A stretch of DNA of 64,000 bases from Candidatus Micrarchaeota archaeon (GTDB lineage Archaea; Micrarchaeota; Micrarchaeia; Anstonellales; Anstonellaceae): the NCBI GenBank assembly GCA_026413765.1, contig JAOAKI010000001.1:6325-70324 (forward strand). The letters are read 5' to 3'. The notes beneath the pieces are model-generated. The model was not told the DNA's origin, did no database searches, and saw only the letters and a list, made by a program, of their open reading frames with translations. Positions 33,607 to 43,117 of the stretch are shown piece by piece (the first letter of the stretch is position 1; each line of letters starts with the position of its first letter). The position numbers were made by a program, and so were the translations under genes.

Positions 33607-33679
33607 CGCCCCGGGCAGGGCTCGAACCTGCGACCTGTGGATTAACAGTCCACCGCTCTACCAGCTGAGCTACCGAGGC
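33607..33679 (-). tRNA. tRNA-Asn (GTT)
   Basis: GCCTCGG-TA-GCTC-AGCTGGTA-GAGC-G-GTGGA-CTGTTAA-TCCAC-AGGTC-GCAGG-TTCGAGC-CCTGC-CCGGGGC-G forms a full cloverleaf. Confidence 0.9.
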
Positions 33680-33696
33680 ATCTTGCTTTTTTGCAA

Positions 33697-33798
33697 TGCC
33701 ACAGGCCGGATTTGAACCAGCAACACATCGGTCACCAAGCTGCAATTGCCCTATGCAGCGCTTCAGCCGATTGCTCTCCCAGGTTGAGCTACTGTGGC
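33697..33798 (-). tRNA. tRNA-Phe (GAA) with 28-nt intron at 37/38
   Basis: GCCACAG-TA-GCTC-AACCTGGGA-GAGC-A-ATCGG-CTGAAG, then CGCTGCATAGGGCAATTGCAGCTTGGTG, then A-CCGAT-GTGTT-GCTGG-TTCAAAT-CCGGC-CTGTGGC-A. Confidence 0.85.
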
Positions 33799-33844
33799 AC
33801 CACTCTCTGTTTATAATGCGCTTATTATAAAAGATTAGCTTTTT

Positions 33845-34294
33845 ATGGATAAAAGAAAAAAGCAAAGCATGGCGTTGAAAATTGATGAGAAAGACCGCCA
33901 AATCCTGCGCATTTTGCAGGAAGACAGCAGGACGCCCAATGAGCTGATAGGGCGCAAAGTAGGCCTTTCAGAAGCCGCAACTCGAAGGCGGATAAAAAAC
34001 CTGCTCAAGCAAGGAATTATCCGTAGATTCACAATAGATGTCGCAGAAAGCCAAACTGTTTCTGCCCTTGTTCTGCTTTCGCTTTCCCCCCAGGCAAACA
34101 TAGAAAAAGTCGTCCAGCATCTGCTCAAGCAAGAAGGCATAGAGTCGATTTGGGAAATATCTGGCGAAATCGATGTCGCTTTAATTATTGGCGCCCCCGA
34201 CATTTCCTCGCTCAACAGCCGCATAGACAAAATAAGGATGGTTGCGGGCGTCACAAAAACCCAGACATGTGTTGTCTTGAAAAAAAGAAAGTGA
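33845..34294 (+). CDS. Lrp/AsnC family transcriptional regulator
   Basis: LDEKDRQILRILQEDSRTPNELIGRKVGLSEAATRRRIKNLLKQGIIRRF is the HTH_AsnC pattern. A C-terminal RAM-like domain follows. Confidence 0.85.
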   Translation: MDKRKKQSMALKIDEKDRQILRILQEDSRTPNELIGRKVGLSEAATRRRIKNLLKQGIIRRFTIDVAESQTVSALVLLSLSPQANIEKVVQHLLKQEGIESIWEISGEIDVALIIGAPDISSLNSRIDKIRMVAGVTKTQTCVVLKKRK

Positions 34295-34296
34295 GT

Positions 34297-35439
34297 TTAG
34301 GCAGTTTTGATGATTTCGGAGAATATGTTTATCATCTGCTTGTAGCTTCTGGCAGTTATCCACTCGTCTGCCTGATGCTCATTTCCGCCCATCGGGCCTA
34401 TGCCGATGACAGGGGCTCCGCTCAAGGCAAAGACGTTTTCGTCTGCCACTGAATTTCCATATGCAAAGACTGGCTTGCCTGCATGCTTTTTGACAGCGCA
34501 GGCAGCTATCTTGACAATTTGGCTTTTTGGATCGGTGATGTATGGGGCAAGATAAGGCGTTTTGCGTGGTTTCAGGCCCACTTCTATCTTTTTGCCATCT
34601 ATTGGCCGGAAAATCTTTCGCTTGTAAAGCGAACTTATGAACTTCTTTGTTTGGGCAAGTGCGCTTTCTGGCGTCTGCGGTATCACAAGATGCCTGTCCA
34701 GCTCAACGACTGCAAGCTCGGGCACCGAAAGAGAGGTTGTCTCTGCATTTATTTTTCTTACAAATTGGCTCGGCGCAGGCAGCAGTGGGTGGCTGCCAAG
34801 AAAAGATTCCATTTCTCTGAGGTGCTCTATGAGCCTTGCAGCCTCGTTGATGGCGTTCACTCCTTTCTTGTCCTGCGCGCCATGCGCAGACGCACCTGGC
34901 ACTCTGATTTCAAGTACGCACCTTCCCCTTCTGCCAAGCACTATCTGCCTTGGCCCAAGGCATTTTCCAGAAGATGCAATCTCTCCAGTTATTATTGCTT
35001 CAACATCCGCCAAAAGGCCGCTTTTTAATACTTCAAATGCGCCTTCCGAAATGTTTTCCTCATCAACACAGAATGCGACCTTTATTGCTCTATCGCTTTC
35101 CTGCTGGCTTTGAAGCGCCCTGATTATCGCGCAGACTCCTGCTTTCATGTCAAATACTCCCAATCCATAGAGTCTGCCATCTTTTTTCCGCAGCTTGAAA
35201 GGGTTGAAGCTCCACTTGCCGTAAGGGGGAACGGTGTCCAAATGCCCATAAAAAAGCAAAGGCTTGCCTTCTTTTCCCCTTTCCCCAACAATGTTGAATC
35301 TGCCATCCTCTATCCTGATTCTTTTTGTCTTAAAGGAGGCCGCTTGCAGCTGTTTTTCGACGAATATCGCGAATTCTTTTTCGTTTCCGCTGACCGAATT
35401 GATCGAAACTGCCTCTTCAAGCAGCGCGATGTCATCCAT
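34297..35439 (-). CDS. M20-family metallopeptidase/deacylase (ArgE/DapE-like)
   Basis: LLFYGHLDTVPP, the D-x-K-A-G region (VFDMKAGV) and DEENISEG are present. ATG 35439 lies 4 nt after the upstream stop. Confidence 0.8.
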   Translation of the reverse strand: MDDIALLEEAVSINSVSGNEKEFAIFVEKQLQAASFKTKRIRIEDGRFNIVGERGKEGKPLLFYGHLDTVPPYGKWSFNPFKLRKKDGRLYGLGVFDMKAGVCAIIRALQSQQESDRAIKVAFCVDEENISEGAFEVLKSGLLADVEAIITGEIASSGKCLGPRQIVLGRRGRCVLEIRVPGASAHGAQDKKGVNAINEAARLIEHLREMESFLGSHPLLPAPSQFVRKINAETTSLSVPELAVVELDRHLVIPQTPESALAQTKKFISSLYKRKIFRPIDGKKIEVGLKPRKTPYLAPYITDPKSQIVKIAACAVKKHAGKPVFAYGNSVADENVFALSGAPVIGIGPMGGNEHQADEWITARSYKQMINIFSEIIKTA

Positions 35440-35443
35440 TTTC

Positions 35444-36427
35444 CTACCTTGCGTAAAACACCTGCAAAGATTCGTATTCATAGTTTAGCTGATAATTGAA
35501 GCTCCTGTCGCTTATTATCTGGCAGTGGAAAGGCAGAGTGCCGGCATAATGCATCCCTGCCTCTTTGGAAGATTTTATGACCGGCTTCCAAGGCGCTCTG
35601 TCTTCCGCATAAATTATCGCTTTTGGGTGCAGCTTTTTGACAAGCTCTATCGCAAATATCTGGAGTGCAGTAATCAAGCCGTTGCCTCTGTCTTTGCGGA
35701 AAGTAGCAAAATCAGACAGCTCGACAAGCTCGACCACGCTGTTTTCAATCTGCAGGCTGCACTTTTCAGCAACCAGTACCGAGCAGATGTTTCTTTGGGC
35801 ATTCCTTGCGGCAATTATCTTATTGCCGTTTTCAAAAAGGTAAGTTATCACCTCTTCGTTTATCTCGAAGGTGTATCTTGAGTAAGCCTCCGAATACAAT
35901 TTCAGCAACTCTTGCACGTCGCTTTCTTCCTTTTTTGCATAAGAGATGTAGTAGCCCGCAGTGGTTATCCTTTCATAGGCTTGCTGAGCTGAAATGGGCT
36001 TTACGTTTGCAAGAACCCACTCCAATATCTCTTTTTCCTTTTTTGCCGTCAGCTCGTCTGGCAGCCTTTTTTGGCTGTTTTTTCCGATGTAAACCAAATC
36101 AAATTCAGGCAGAGCGTTTTCCGCAGGCAAAACCGCCTCGACTTTGTAGTCTTGGATCCTGCGCATTTCTTCAACTAGCGGCTTTCTTACAAATGCCCTC
36201 ACTGTCGTTCTTGTTGCTTGGCTGTGCCTTCTTTCAAAATCCTTCACCAGCTCAACCATTTCGTACGCGTCCTTCATGCTCTTTATCAGCTTTGTGTGTA
36301 TCCCCTTTATCCGACTGTTTCTTTCGTCAAAAAACAGCCCGGCTGACCCAATACTGCCTACTTCCATTTTTTTGGCATGCTGGATAGATTGCTCAAGGAC
36401 CATTTCAATCTGCTGGCTTTTTGCCAC
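35444..36427 (-). CDS. protein with C-terminal GNAT acetyltransferase-like domain
   Basis: The C-terminal LVELSDFATFRKDRGNGLITALQIFAIE resembles GNAT motif A (R-x-x-G-x-G). The N-terminal 180 aa or so are unassigned. The architecture recalls beta-lysine acetyltransferase-type proteins, but that link is unverified. Confidence 0.5.
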   Translation of the reverse strand: MAKSQQIEMVLEQSIQHAKKMEVGSIGSAGLFFDERNSRIKGIHTKLIKSMKDAYEMVELVKDFERRHSQATRTTVRAFVRKPLVEEMRRIQDYKVEAVLPAENALPEFDLVYIGKNSQKRLPDELTAKKEKEILEWVLANVKPISAQQAYERITTAGYYISYAKKEESDVQELLKLYSEAYSRYTFEINEEVITYLFENGNKIIAARNAQRNICSVLVAEKCSLQIENSVVELVELSDFATFRKDRGNGLITALQIFAIELVKKLHPKAIIYAEDRAPWKPVIKSSKEAGMHYAGTLPFHCQIISDRSFNYQLNYEYESLQVFYAR

Positions 36428-36534
36428 AAACAGTTTTTAAATGTTGCCGTTTTTCGCAATTTTAATTTTAAAATTAACTTTTTTTTCATAAATAATTGAC
36501 GATTTTCGTTATTTTTTGGCTTATTTGCTGCAGG

Positions 36535-36939
36535 CTAGTCTGCCTTGCCGTATAGCCTTTTGTGCTCTTTCATTATGCACTTGTCCATCACAAACAGAAT
36601 GCCGGCTTCCCTTGCAATCTTTTCTGCTTCAGCGCTTCTTACCCCTTCCTGAAGCCATACTGCGCGCGCTTTTATGGCTATCGCCTCCTGAACAATGCCT
36701 GCTGCTGCCTCGCTTTTTCTAAATACGTCGACAACATCGACTTTGTGCGGCACAGTAGCAAGAGAAGGATAGCTTTTTTTGCCTAGCCATTCTTGCATAT
36801 TGGGATTTACAGGTATCACATCATAGCCTGCTTCGACTAAATAGCGTCCCACGTGGTAGCTTGGGCGCTCTTGGTTGTCAGACAGCCCTATTATTGCGAC
36901 AGTCTTCATCTGCAAAATCTTTTTTATCTCGTCTTCCAT
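36535..36939 (-). CDS. CoA-binding domain protein (YccU/YneT-like)
   Basis: KTVAIIGLSDNQERPSYHVGRYLVEAGYDVIPVNP...VDVVDVFRKSE...AVWLQEG. ATG 36939 overlaps the trm1 3' end by 16 nt. The longer track ORF (to 37344) is an artefact. Confidence 0.8.
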   Translation of the reverse strand: MEDEIKKILQMKTVAIIGLSDNQERPSYHVGRYLVEAGYDVIPVNPNMQEWLGKKSYPSLATVPHKVDVVDVFRKSEAAAGIVQEAIAIKARAVWLQEGVRSAEAEKIAREAGILFVMDKCIMKEHKRLYGKAD

Positions 36940-38027
36940 CTTGCACCCTCCACGGCTGCGCCTATCACAACATCGTGCGGCGCATCTGTGCGGATTGCAG
37001 TTGGGCAAAAGTGGGTTGGCACTGCTGAAAAGCCTTGCCTGCAAATCCTGTCGATTATCTTCTCTTTCGGCGCAATATCCGCCTTGAGCTTCTTTGCAAT
37101 CCAGTGAATATCGTAATAGCCATAAGCTCCCAGCTTGCATTCCTGCTGCATGACACAAAGCAGTTTTTCTGCTGGTTTTGCATACTCTATCTCCTGCGCC
37201 ATTTTTTTCATTCTCTCTACAAGCACCCCATCCCAAAGCTGACCAAGCCAAATTGGCCCGCAATAGCTGGCTTTGTTGGAGCAACTCGGGCAGCTTGGCC
37301 CAATCGGCATCGTTTGCGCATTTTGGTAAAGGCACGCAGGACAAAACATCCCAAATCCAATGCTCTTACATGCCGCCACTGCTTTCTGTGCGCCTTTCTG
37401 GATTTTGAAAATTATCTTCATGTAGTGTTTGTGCGAAATTGAAAAAACAGGGACTGCGGCAAGATTGAATGGAGCAGCGGAAAGAACTACCTTTGCGGCA
37501 AGGATTCTCAACCCGTTCTCGTGGCACATATGGTTGTTGAGAGGCACTGCGCCATAGTTTTTCAGGCATGCGGAAGCATGCGCTCCGCACAAAACTGCGG
37601 TGTCAGTCGCAGTCACCGAAAAAAAGCTCTCTCTTTTTTTCTCCAGGCACACAAACGAATCATGAAGGAATGGGACAGGCGTTCCAAAAGGGTCAAGCTC
37701 TAAAAAGTCGCATTCTGCTTCTCTTAAGAATTCCCTGGCGTCTTTGCATATCGTTGCGCATTTTATCTTGTTTAGCTTTGCGTTCTTTTCTGCGCAAGCT
37801 ATCGCCTTTTTGCTCCTGTCGCAAAGCGCAAGCTCGCCAGCATTCTTGTTTTCTTTCTTGTACCGTATCCCGCGGATTCCGCTTGCGCACATCACGTCTG
37901 CGACGTCAACTTTTTTTCCCAGTGCACCAACTGCTAAGCTGCACAGCGTCCTGCAAAGCTCCATCTGCGGGTTGTAAAATACGCCCTCATCAATTATTGC
38001 CTTTACTTTGCCTTCCGAAACCTGCAT
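36924..38027 (-). CDS. trm1: tRNA (guanine26-N2)-dimethyltransferase
   Basis: EGKVKAIIDEGVFYNPQMELCR, DVMCASGIRGIRY, LELDPFGTPVPFL and the C-terminal Cys cluster (CPACLY...CPSC). Confidence 0.85.
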   Translation of the reverse strand: MQVSEGKVKAIIDEGVFYNPQMELCRTLCSLAVGALGKKVDVADVMCASGIRGIRYKKENKNAGELALCDRSKKAIACAEKNAKLNKIKCATICKDAREFLREAECDFLELDPFGTPVPFLHDSFVCLEKKRESFFSVTATDTAVLCGAHASACLKNYGAVPLNNHMCHENGLRILAAKVVLSAAPFNLAAVPVFSISHKHYMKIIFKIQKGAQKAVAACKSIGFGMFCPACLYQNAQTMPIGPSCPSCSNKASYCGPIWLGQLWDGVLVERMKKMAQEIEYAKPAEKLLCVMQQECKLGAYGYYDIHWIAKKLKADIAPKEKIIDRICRQGFSAVPTHFCPTAIRTDAPHDVVIGAAVEGARWKTR

Positions 38028-38078
38028 GCTTTAGTTGTCTTGGCAAGCCATAAAAAGCATTATTGGGAAAAGAACGCT

Positions 38079-39320
38079 ATGGATATTGAAATCCGCCGCT
38101 CTATCATTTCAGGAAAAAGAAAAGCACCTTCCTCTTGCGCGATTGCGCACAGGGCCATAATTGCTGCCTCATTTGCAGACGGCCAGACTGTAATTTCAGG
38201 AGTTCCATCCTCAAGCTCTCTTGACGCGACGATTTCAATATGCAACAGCTTGGGCGCAGATATATTGGTTGAAGGCGATGTGGCAGATGTGCTTGGAAGA
38301 GGGGAAATTTACCCTAAAAAAGTGATAAATTGCCGACAAAGCAACAGCGCACTCAAGCTCTTCATGGGAATTTTTTCTCACCTTCCAAACGAAGTGAGGT
38401 TTGACGGGACAGATAAGCTACTCAGCATAAATCTTCGCCCCTTCACCTATTTCATCGACTATTATTCCGGCTACACTTTCAACCCATCCGCTGCCTTGCC
38501 GCTTTATCTTCGGGGTCCAATTAATTCCCAAGAAATGGTCTATCCTGTCCAGCTTGGGACACAGTTTCTTTCCGGCATTCTTCTTGGCGCCCCTTTCAAC
38601 GACCAGGCTACTGGAATTGGCATCAGCGGCACTTTCAAAGACCCACATGCGCTTAATGAAACCATCAACATAATGAAGAAGGCAGGAATTGATTTTTTGG
38701 CGGAATATTCAGACCTAATCATGCTCCAAGGCGGTCAAGGCTTTCTGCCGCTCAAAGAATACGAAATACCAAAAAGCAAAAGAGCAGCCTCTTATCTTCT
38801 TCTTGCTGGCGCGCTTGCAGGAAAGTGCACAGTTGAGGGAATTGGGAAATACCAGCAGCTTGAGGCTCTTTTTTCGCGCTTTGGTGCAACACTGTCGTCA
38901 ACCGAAAGCTCAATAACCGCAAGCACTTCTTTTCTTGAAGCTGCAGACGTCGATGTCTCAATTCTGGATTATCTTGCTTGCCATGCATTAGTGCTTGCTT
39001 GCCTGGCCAAAGGGCAAAGCAGGCTCCTTGGATTCAAAAAAATCTCTTCAAGCTTGCACCTGCGGCTAAAGAGGCTGAAGTTTGAGCTTTCAAAAATGGG
39101 CGCTTCAATTCTAGAGACGCCTGACGGGTTTATCGTCCAAGGAGGAAAGCTGCATGGCGCAATTGTGGATTCAAGGAAAGACCCGCATATCGCGATGGCT
39201 TGTGCAGCAGCTGCTCTTTGCGCAGAAGGACCAACCACTATTTGCAATGCAGAATATGCTGAGCTGCTTTTTCCCAATTTTTTCCAGCAACTTGCACTGA
39301 TCGGGGCTATTGTGCGCTAG
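38079..39320 (+). CDS. enolpyruvyl-transferase family protein (AroA/EPSP synthase-like, divergent)
   Basis: The overall two-domain repeat pattern and the N-terminal [16 protein letters not shown] (compare KSxSNRALLLAAL) fit AroA. The GNSGT/LGNAGTA loop is replaced by RQSNSALKL, and GDxSLxxRP by [12 protein letters not shown]. Confidence 0.65.
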   Translation: MDIEIRRSIISGKRKAPSSCAIAHRAIIAASFADGQTVISGVPSSSSLDATISICNSLGADILVEGDVADVLGRGEIYPKKVINCRQSNSALKLFMGIFSHLPNEVRFDGTDKLLSINLRPFTYFIDYYSGYTFNPSAALPLYLRGPINSQEMVYPVQLGTQFLSGILLGAPFNDQATGIGISGTFKDPHALNETINIMKKAGIDFLAEYSDLIMLQGGQGFLPLKEYEIPKSKRAASYLLLAGALAGKCTVEGIGKYQQLEALFSRFGATLSSTESSITASTSFLEAADVDVSILDYLACHALVLACLAKGQSRLLGFKKISSSLHLRLKRLKFELSKMGASILETPDGFIVQGGKLHGAIVDSRKDPHIAMACAAAALCAEGPTTICNAEYAELLFPNFFQQLALIGAIVR

Positions 39321-39430
39321 ATTTCACCTACTCTGCGCTTGAGCCTGCGCTTGAGGCGCTTCCTTCTTTTCTTGAGCCATTTCCAGCGCATCCTGCCTTT
39401 TTTCTTCCACTTTCTTGGTCTTGCTCCCAA
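39317..39430 (-). CDS. rpl41e: ribosomal protein L41e (37 aa), not in ORF track
   Basis: The reverse strand encodes (TTG)[36 protein letters not shown]. The [21 protein letters not shown] core is the archaeal L41e signature. The TTG start is tentative, and an internal ATG lies at 39391. The stop overlaps the aroA-like stop. Confidence 0.7.
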   Translation of the reverse strand: MGARPRKWKKKGRMRWKWLKKRRKRLKRRLKRRVGEI

Positions 39431-39476
39431 AAAGTCACCTTCAAGTTGGTTTTTTATTCCAGATAAAATTATAAAT

Positions 39477-39698
39477 TCACTTCTTCTCCCACGGCTTTCT
39501 TAAGGCATCCAGCAGTCCATGGGCGTAATTTATGCAGCCAAATGCGGTAAGCAAATCCTCTTTTTCAAGAAAATATTTCGCATCCTGGCAATATCTTTCC
39601 GCAAGCTCTATCGTTTTCTCGTTGCTTTTTGTCCTTTTCAGCTGCTTTAGATTTTCGTAAAACTGCTGAATGTCCGACTCAATCCTTTCTCTTGTCAT
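39477..39698 (-). CDS. DUF357-family protein
   Basis: [35 protein letters not shown] matches the Y..DA.YF...GD...A......YA.G.LDA pattern of archaeal DUF357. Confidence 0.65.
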   Translation of the reverse strand: MTRERIESDIQQFYENLKQLKRTKSNEKTIELAERYCQDAKYFLEKEDLLTAFGCINYAHGLLDALRKPWEKK

Positions 39699-40273
39699 TC
39701 CACCCTCTCCATATAGCGGGCTCTGCTTTCTATCTTGGCGGCCATCTGGACGACCGCATTGTCCTTGTTCTCCATCAAATAGGCGGCAACAAACTGCTTG
39801 CCTGCCTTGCCCAACGCACGCTTCATTGTCACTACGTCCACTGCCTTGTCTTCAATGTCGCTGCTGATTGCCGACAAGCCAAAATCAATGACAGCCATCC
39901 TGCCCTTGACCAACATGAGATTGGCAGGCGTAAAGTCTCCATGCACAATGTTTGCTTTGTGGAGCTTGGCAACTATCTGCGCAGCCTGCCGAACTTCTTT
40001 TCGGGTTATCTTTCTTTTTTTCATTGCATGGTGAAGCATTTCCCCATCCAGCCTCTTCATCAAAATCGAAAACCTGCCGACATGGTATATTGTTGGGCAC
40101 AGCACTCCTGCCTCTTTTGCCTTTGAAAGTATGCGCGCTTCCCTTCTTGTGCGCCCTTCTCTTATCAGGCGGTCCAATTGAGGCTCTCGGTAGCTCTTTT
40201 CTATCCTTATTTTTTCAACTGCTTTGCATCCAAGGAAAGATGCTTTTCTTATGATCGCCTCTGCCCCTTTCAT
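39695..40273 (-). CDS. bud32: Bud32 (KEOPS complex kinase/ATPase)
   Basis: KGAEAIIRKASFLG...EKIRIEKSYR...RTRREARIL...LHKANIVHGDFTPANLML...VIDFGLS. ATG at 40273. Confidence 0.85.
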   Translation of the reverse strand: MKGAEAIIRKASFLGCKAVEKIRIEKSYREPQLDRLIREGRTRREARILSKAKEAGVLCPTIYHVGRFSILMKRLDGEMLHHAMKKRKITRKEVRQAAQIVAKLHKANIVHGDFTPANLMLVKGRMAVIDFGLSAISSDIEDKAVDVVTMKRALGKAGKQFVAAYLMENKDNAVVQMAAKIESRARYMERVE

Positions 40274-40278
40274 AAAAA

Positions 40279-40905
40279 TCAGAATATCAGCGAAGGCAAA
40301 AACGCCGCCCCGCCAAAGCTTATCAATACTGACAAAAGCCAGATTTTGAAGTCCCAAGCCAGCACTTTGCTTCCGTCAAGGGGGAAAATGGGTATGAGAT
40401 TGAAAAGAGCAAGAGCAAAATTTATCCTAAAGCCAAGCAAGCAGATGGTGGAGATGATTTGGTTTTGGGAAAAGAGAGCGGCAAGAAGCAAAAACAAGAT
40501 TCCCACTGCCCAATTTGTTGCAGGGCCGGCAAGCGAGATGATTCCGTTTTCTCTGACTCCTATCCTCCTTATTGCATAGATGTAGACTGCCCCAGGGGCA
40601 ATGAAGAATATCGGAAACCATCCAAATAGCTGCGGGACTATCACAAGCCCAAGCGCCAATGCAAGGCCAAGCGGCCATGCCTTAAAGGCAGCCCTTGCGC
40701 CGTATTTTATTGCAAAGTATTTGTGGGCAAGCTCATGCAGGACAAATCCGCTGCCCAAAGTTATCGTAGCTGCCGCCATTGAAAACACGAACACCGATGG
40801 CGAGACCGAAAGGCCGGAGTCATAAAAAGTGAAGACTAGGGCAATTGCAAGTATCGAGACAAGCATTTCGATTGCCTCTTGCTTCCCAACGTAAAACTCC
40901 GCCAT
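40279..40905 (-). CDS. M50-family (site-2 protease-like) membrane metalloprotease
   Basis: HELAHKYFAIKYG is the HExxH motif within a TM segment. There are multiple TM segments, and NLIPIFPLDGSKV is the NxxPxxxLDG motif. Confidence 0.8.
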   Translation of the reverse strand: MAEFYVGKQEAIEMLVSILAIALVFTFYDSGLSVSPSVFVFSMAAATITLGSGFVLHELAHKYFAIKYGARAAFKAWPLGLALALGLVIVPQLFGWFPIFFIAPGAVYIYAIRRIGVRENGIISLAGPATNWAVGILFLLLAALFSQNQIISTICLLGFRINFALALFNLIPIFPLDGSKVLAWDFKIWLLSVLISFGGAAFLPSLIF

Positions 40906-40913
40906 ACCTTTCC

Positions 40914-43076
40914 TCACCTGTACATCGAATTATGCTCTCCTTTCGCAAACTTCTTTATTCTTTCAACATACGTTTTGGTAACCGATGGCTTTACTATCGT
41001 GAGGGCTTCCTCAAAGTCATGCATTTCAACCTCTTTTACGTCCAGGCTCCTTCTGATAGCGTTCATTCCTGCCTCGCGGCATACATTCTCCAAGTCCGCG
41101 CCAGTGTATCCTTCTGTCTTCTTTGCAATTTCTGCCAAATCGACATTTTTCGAAAGAGGCATGTTCTTGGTATGGACCTTGAGAATCTCAAGGCGCGTTT
41201 TTTCATCCGGCACTGGGATTTCAATAATCCTGTCAAACCTGCCACTTCTCAGCAGCGCGCTGTCCAAAAGCTCGGGCCTGTTTGTCGCGGCGATCACCAC
41301 GACGTTTTTCAATCCAGTAAGTCCATCCATTTCTGTAAGCAGAGTATCTACTATCCTTTCAGTCACCCTGCTTCCTTCATCTGTTATGCCTCTTTGCGGG
41401 GCAATCGCATCTATCTCGTCTATGAATATCACGCATGGCGTTGCCATCCTTGCCTTCCTGAAAGTCTCCCTGACCGCCTTTTCAGACTCACCCACCCATT
41501 TGGAAAGCACCTCTGGGCCTTTGACAGAAATGAAGTTCGCTTCAGTTTCGGTGGCAACCGCTTTGGCAAAAAGGGTTTTTCCTGTCCCTGGAAGACCAAC
41601 AAGCAGGATTCCTTTCACAGGCCTTATGCCCATCCTTGCAAACACCTCGGGCCTTTTCAGCGGCAATTCAACTGCCTCTTTGAGCTCTTTTTTGACATTC
41701 TCAAGCCCGCCGATGTCTGACCAACGCACATTCGGCTTTTCTATGAATACCTCTCTCAGAGCAGAGGGCCTGACTTCTCGCAAAGCGTTGAAAAAGTCCT
41801 CTCGCGTGACTTGGAGGCTGTCCAATATTTCAGAAGGGATGAATTCTTGTGCAAGGTCTATCTTTGGCAATATCCTGCGCAAGACTTTCATTGCCGCCTC
41901 TTTTGTCAAGGAGGAGATGTCTGCTCCAGTGTAGCCATGCGTAAGGGCGGCAAGCTCATCTATGTTGACATCAGGAGCAAGAGGCATGCTTCGCGTGTGA
42001 ATCTGCAATATCTCTTTCCTTCCTTGCTGGTCTGGCACCCCTATCTCAATTTCCCTGTCGAACCTTCCTGGCCTTCGCAAAGCAGGGTCTATGCTGTTTG
42101 GTCTGTTGGTCGCCCCAATCACTATGACTTGGCCTCTTGCCTTCAGCCCATCCATCAGCGTCAAAAGCTGGCTTACCATCCTGCGCTCTACTTCACCAGT
42201 AACTTCCTCCCGCTTGGGCGCAATCGCATCTATCTCATCCATGAATATTATCGAGGGTGCGTTCTCCTGGGCTTCCTTGAAAATTTGCCTCAGCTTCTCT
42301 TCAGACTCTCCAACGAACTTGCTTACCAGCTCAGGTCCGCCTATGTGGATGAAGTTCGCCTCGCTTTCAGAGGCTACCGCTTTTGCAAGCAAGGTCTTTC
42401 CTGTGCCAGGCGGCCCATAAATCAGGACGCCCTTTGGGGCTTCAATCCCAAGCCTTTCAAAGAGCTCTGGATGGCGCATCGGCAGCTCAACCATCTCCCT
42501 TATCTTTTGCACCTCTTCTTTCAGCCCGCCGATGTCTTCGTAGGAGATTGTCTGCACCTGTCCGCCTTCCTTTTCAGGCATTTCTTTCAGTATCACTTCT
42601 GTATTTTCATTGACCAAGACGATGCCGGCAGGCTGGACAATCGTGGCAATCAATGGAAATGAAGTGCCAAACACACCAATGAAAATCGTATCGCCCCTAT
42701 TGAGAGCCCTGCCGATCAGCTTCTTTTTCACAAACTGGTCAAATCCAGGAGAATATTTCATTGGCTGCGTTGGAGCAAGCACAATCTTTTTTGCCTCTTT
42801 CAATTCTGCCTTTTTGACAATTATCTTGTCGCCCAGTGCAACCCCAGTGTTTTGCCTCAGGTAGCCATCCATCCTAATGATGTTCAGCCCTTCATCTTGC
42901 GGATGCGCCTGCCAGACTAGTGCAGCAGTGCTTCGCTTGCCTTTCAGCTCAACAATATCTCCTGTAGAAACATCAAGCTCTTTGCGCGCTTTTGAATCTA
43001 TCCTGACAAGCCCCCTCCCAACATCATTCTGAAGGGCTTCAGCGACCTTCAGCTCGATTGCCTTCCCCATATCCAT
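40914..43076 (-). CDS. cdc48: CDC48/VCP-type AAA+ ATPase (two AAA domains)
   Basis: The N-terminal double-psi barrel region is LKVAEA...GRGLVRID. Two Walker A motifs are present ([15 protein letters not shown] and [15 protein letters not shown]). DEIDAIAP occurs twice. Confidence 0.95.
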   Translation of the reverse strand: MDMGKAIELKVAEALQNDVGRGLVRIDSKARKELDVSTGDIVELKGKRSTAALVWQAHPQDEGLNIIRMDGYLRQNTGVALGDKIIVKKAELKEAKKIVLAPTQPMKYSPGFDQFVKKKLIGRALNRGDTIFIGVFGTSFPLIATIVQPAGIVLVNENTEVILKEMPEKEGGQVQTISYEDIGGLKEEVQKIREMVELPMRHPELFERLGIEAPKGVLIYGPPGTGKTLLAKAVASESEANFIHIGGPELVSKFVGESEEKLRQIFKEAQENAPSIIFMDEIDAIAPKREEVTGEVERRMVSQLLTLMDGLKARGQVIVIGATNRPNSIDPALRRPGRFDREIEIGVPDQQGRKEILQIHTRSMPLAPDVNIDELAALTHGYTGADISSLTKEAAMKVLRRILPKIDLAQEFIPSEILDSLQVTREDFFNALREVRPSALREVFIEKPNVRWSDIGGLENVKKELKEAVELPLKRPEVFARMGIRPVKGILLVGLPGTGKTLFAKAVATETEANFISVKGPEVLSKWVGESEKAVRETFRKARMATPCVIFIDEIDAIAPQRGITDEGSRVTERIVDTLLTEMDGLTGLKNVVVIAATNRPELLDSALLRSGRFDRIIEIPVPDEKTRLEILKVHTKNMPLSKNVDLAEIAKKTEGYTGADLENVCREAGMNAIRRSLDVKEVEMHDFEEALTIVKPSVTKTYVERIKKFAKGEHNSMYR

Positions 43077-43117
43077 CCCTTCCTAAAAGTAGCTTCAAAC
43101 TTTATAAAAGAGGTCGA

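Noticed and set aside
33590-33901. N-terminal extension of ORF 33266..33901.
   Set aside because: It would be translated across the tRNA-Asn and tRNA-Phe genes. I trimmed the ORF to ATG 33589.
40845-42662. Plus-strand ORFs of 291, 351 and 283 aa.
   Set aside because: They are antisense to the very well supported cdc48 gene. They have no recognisable motifs and skewed composition.
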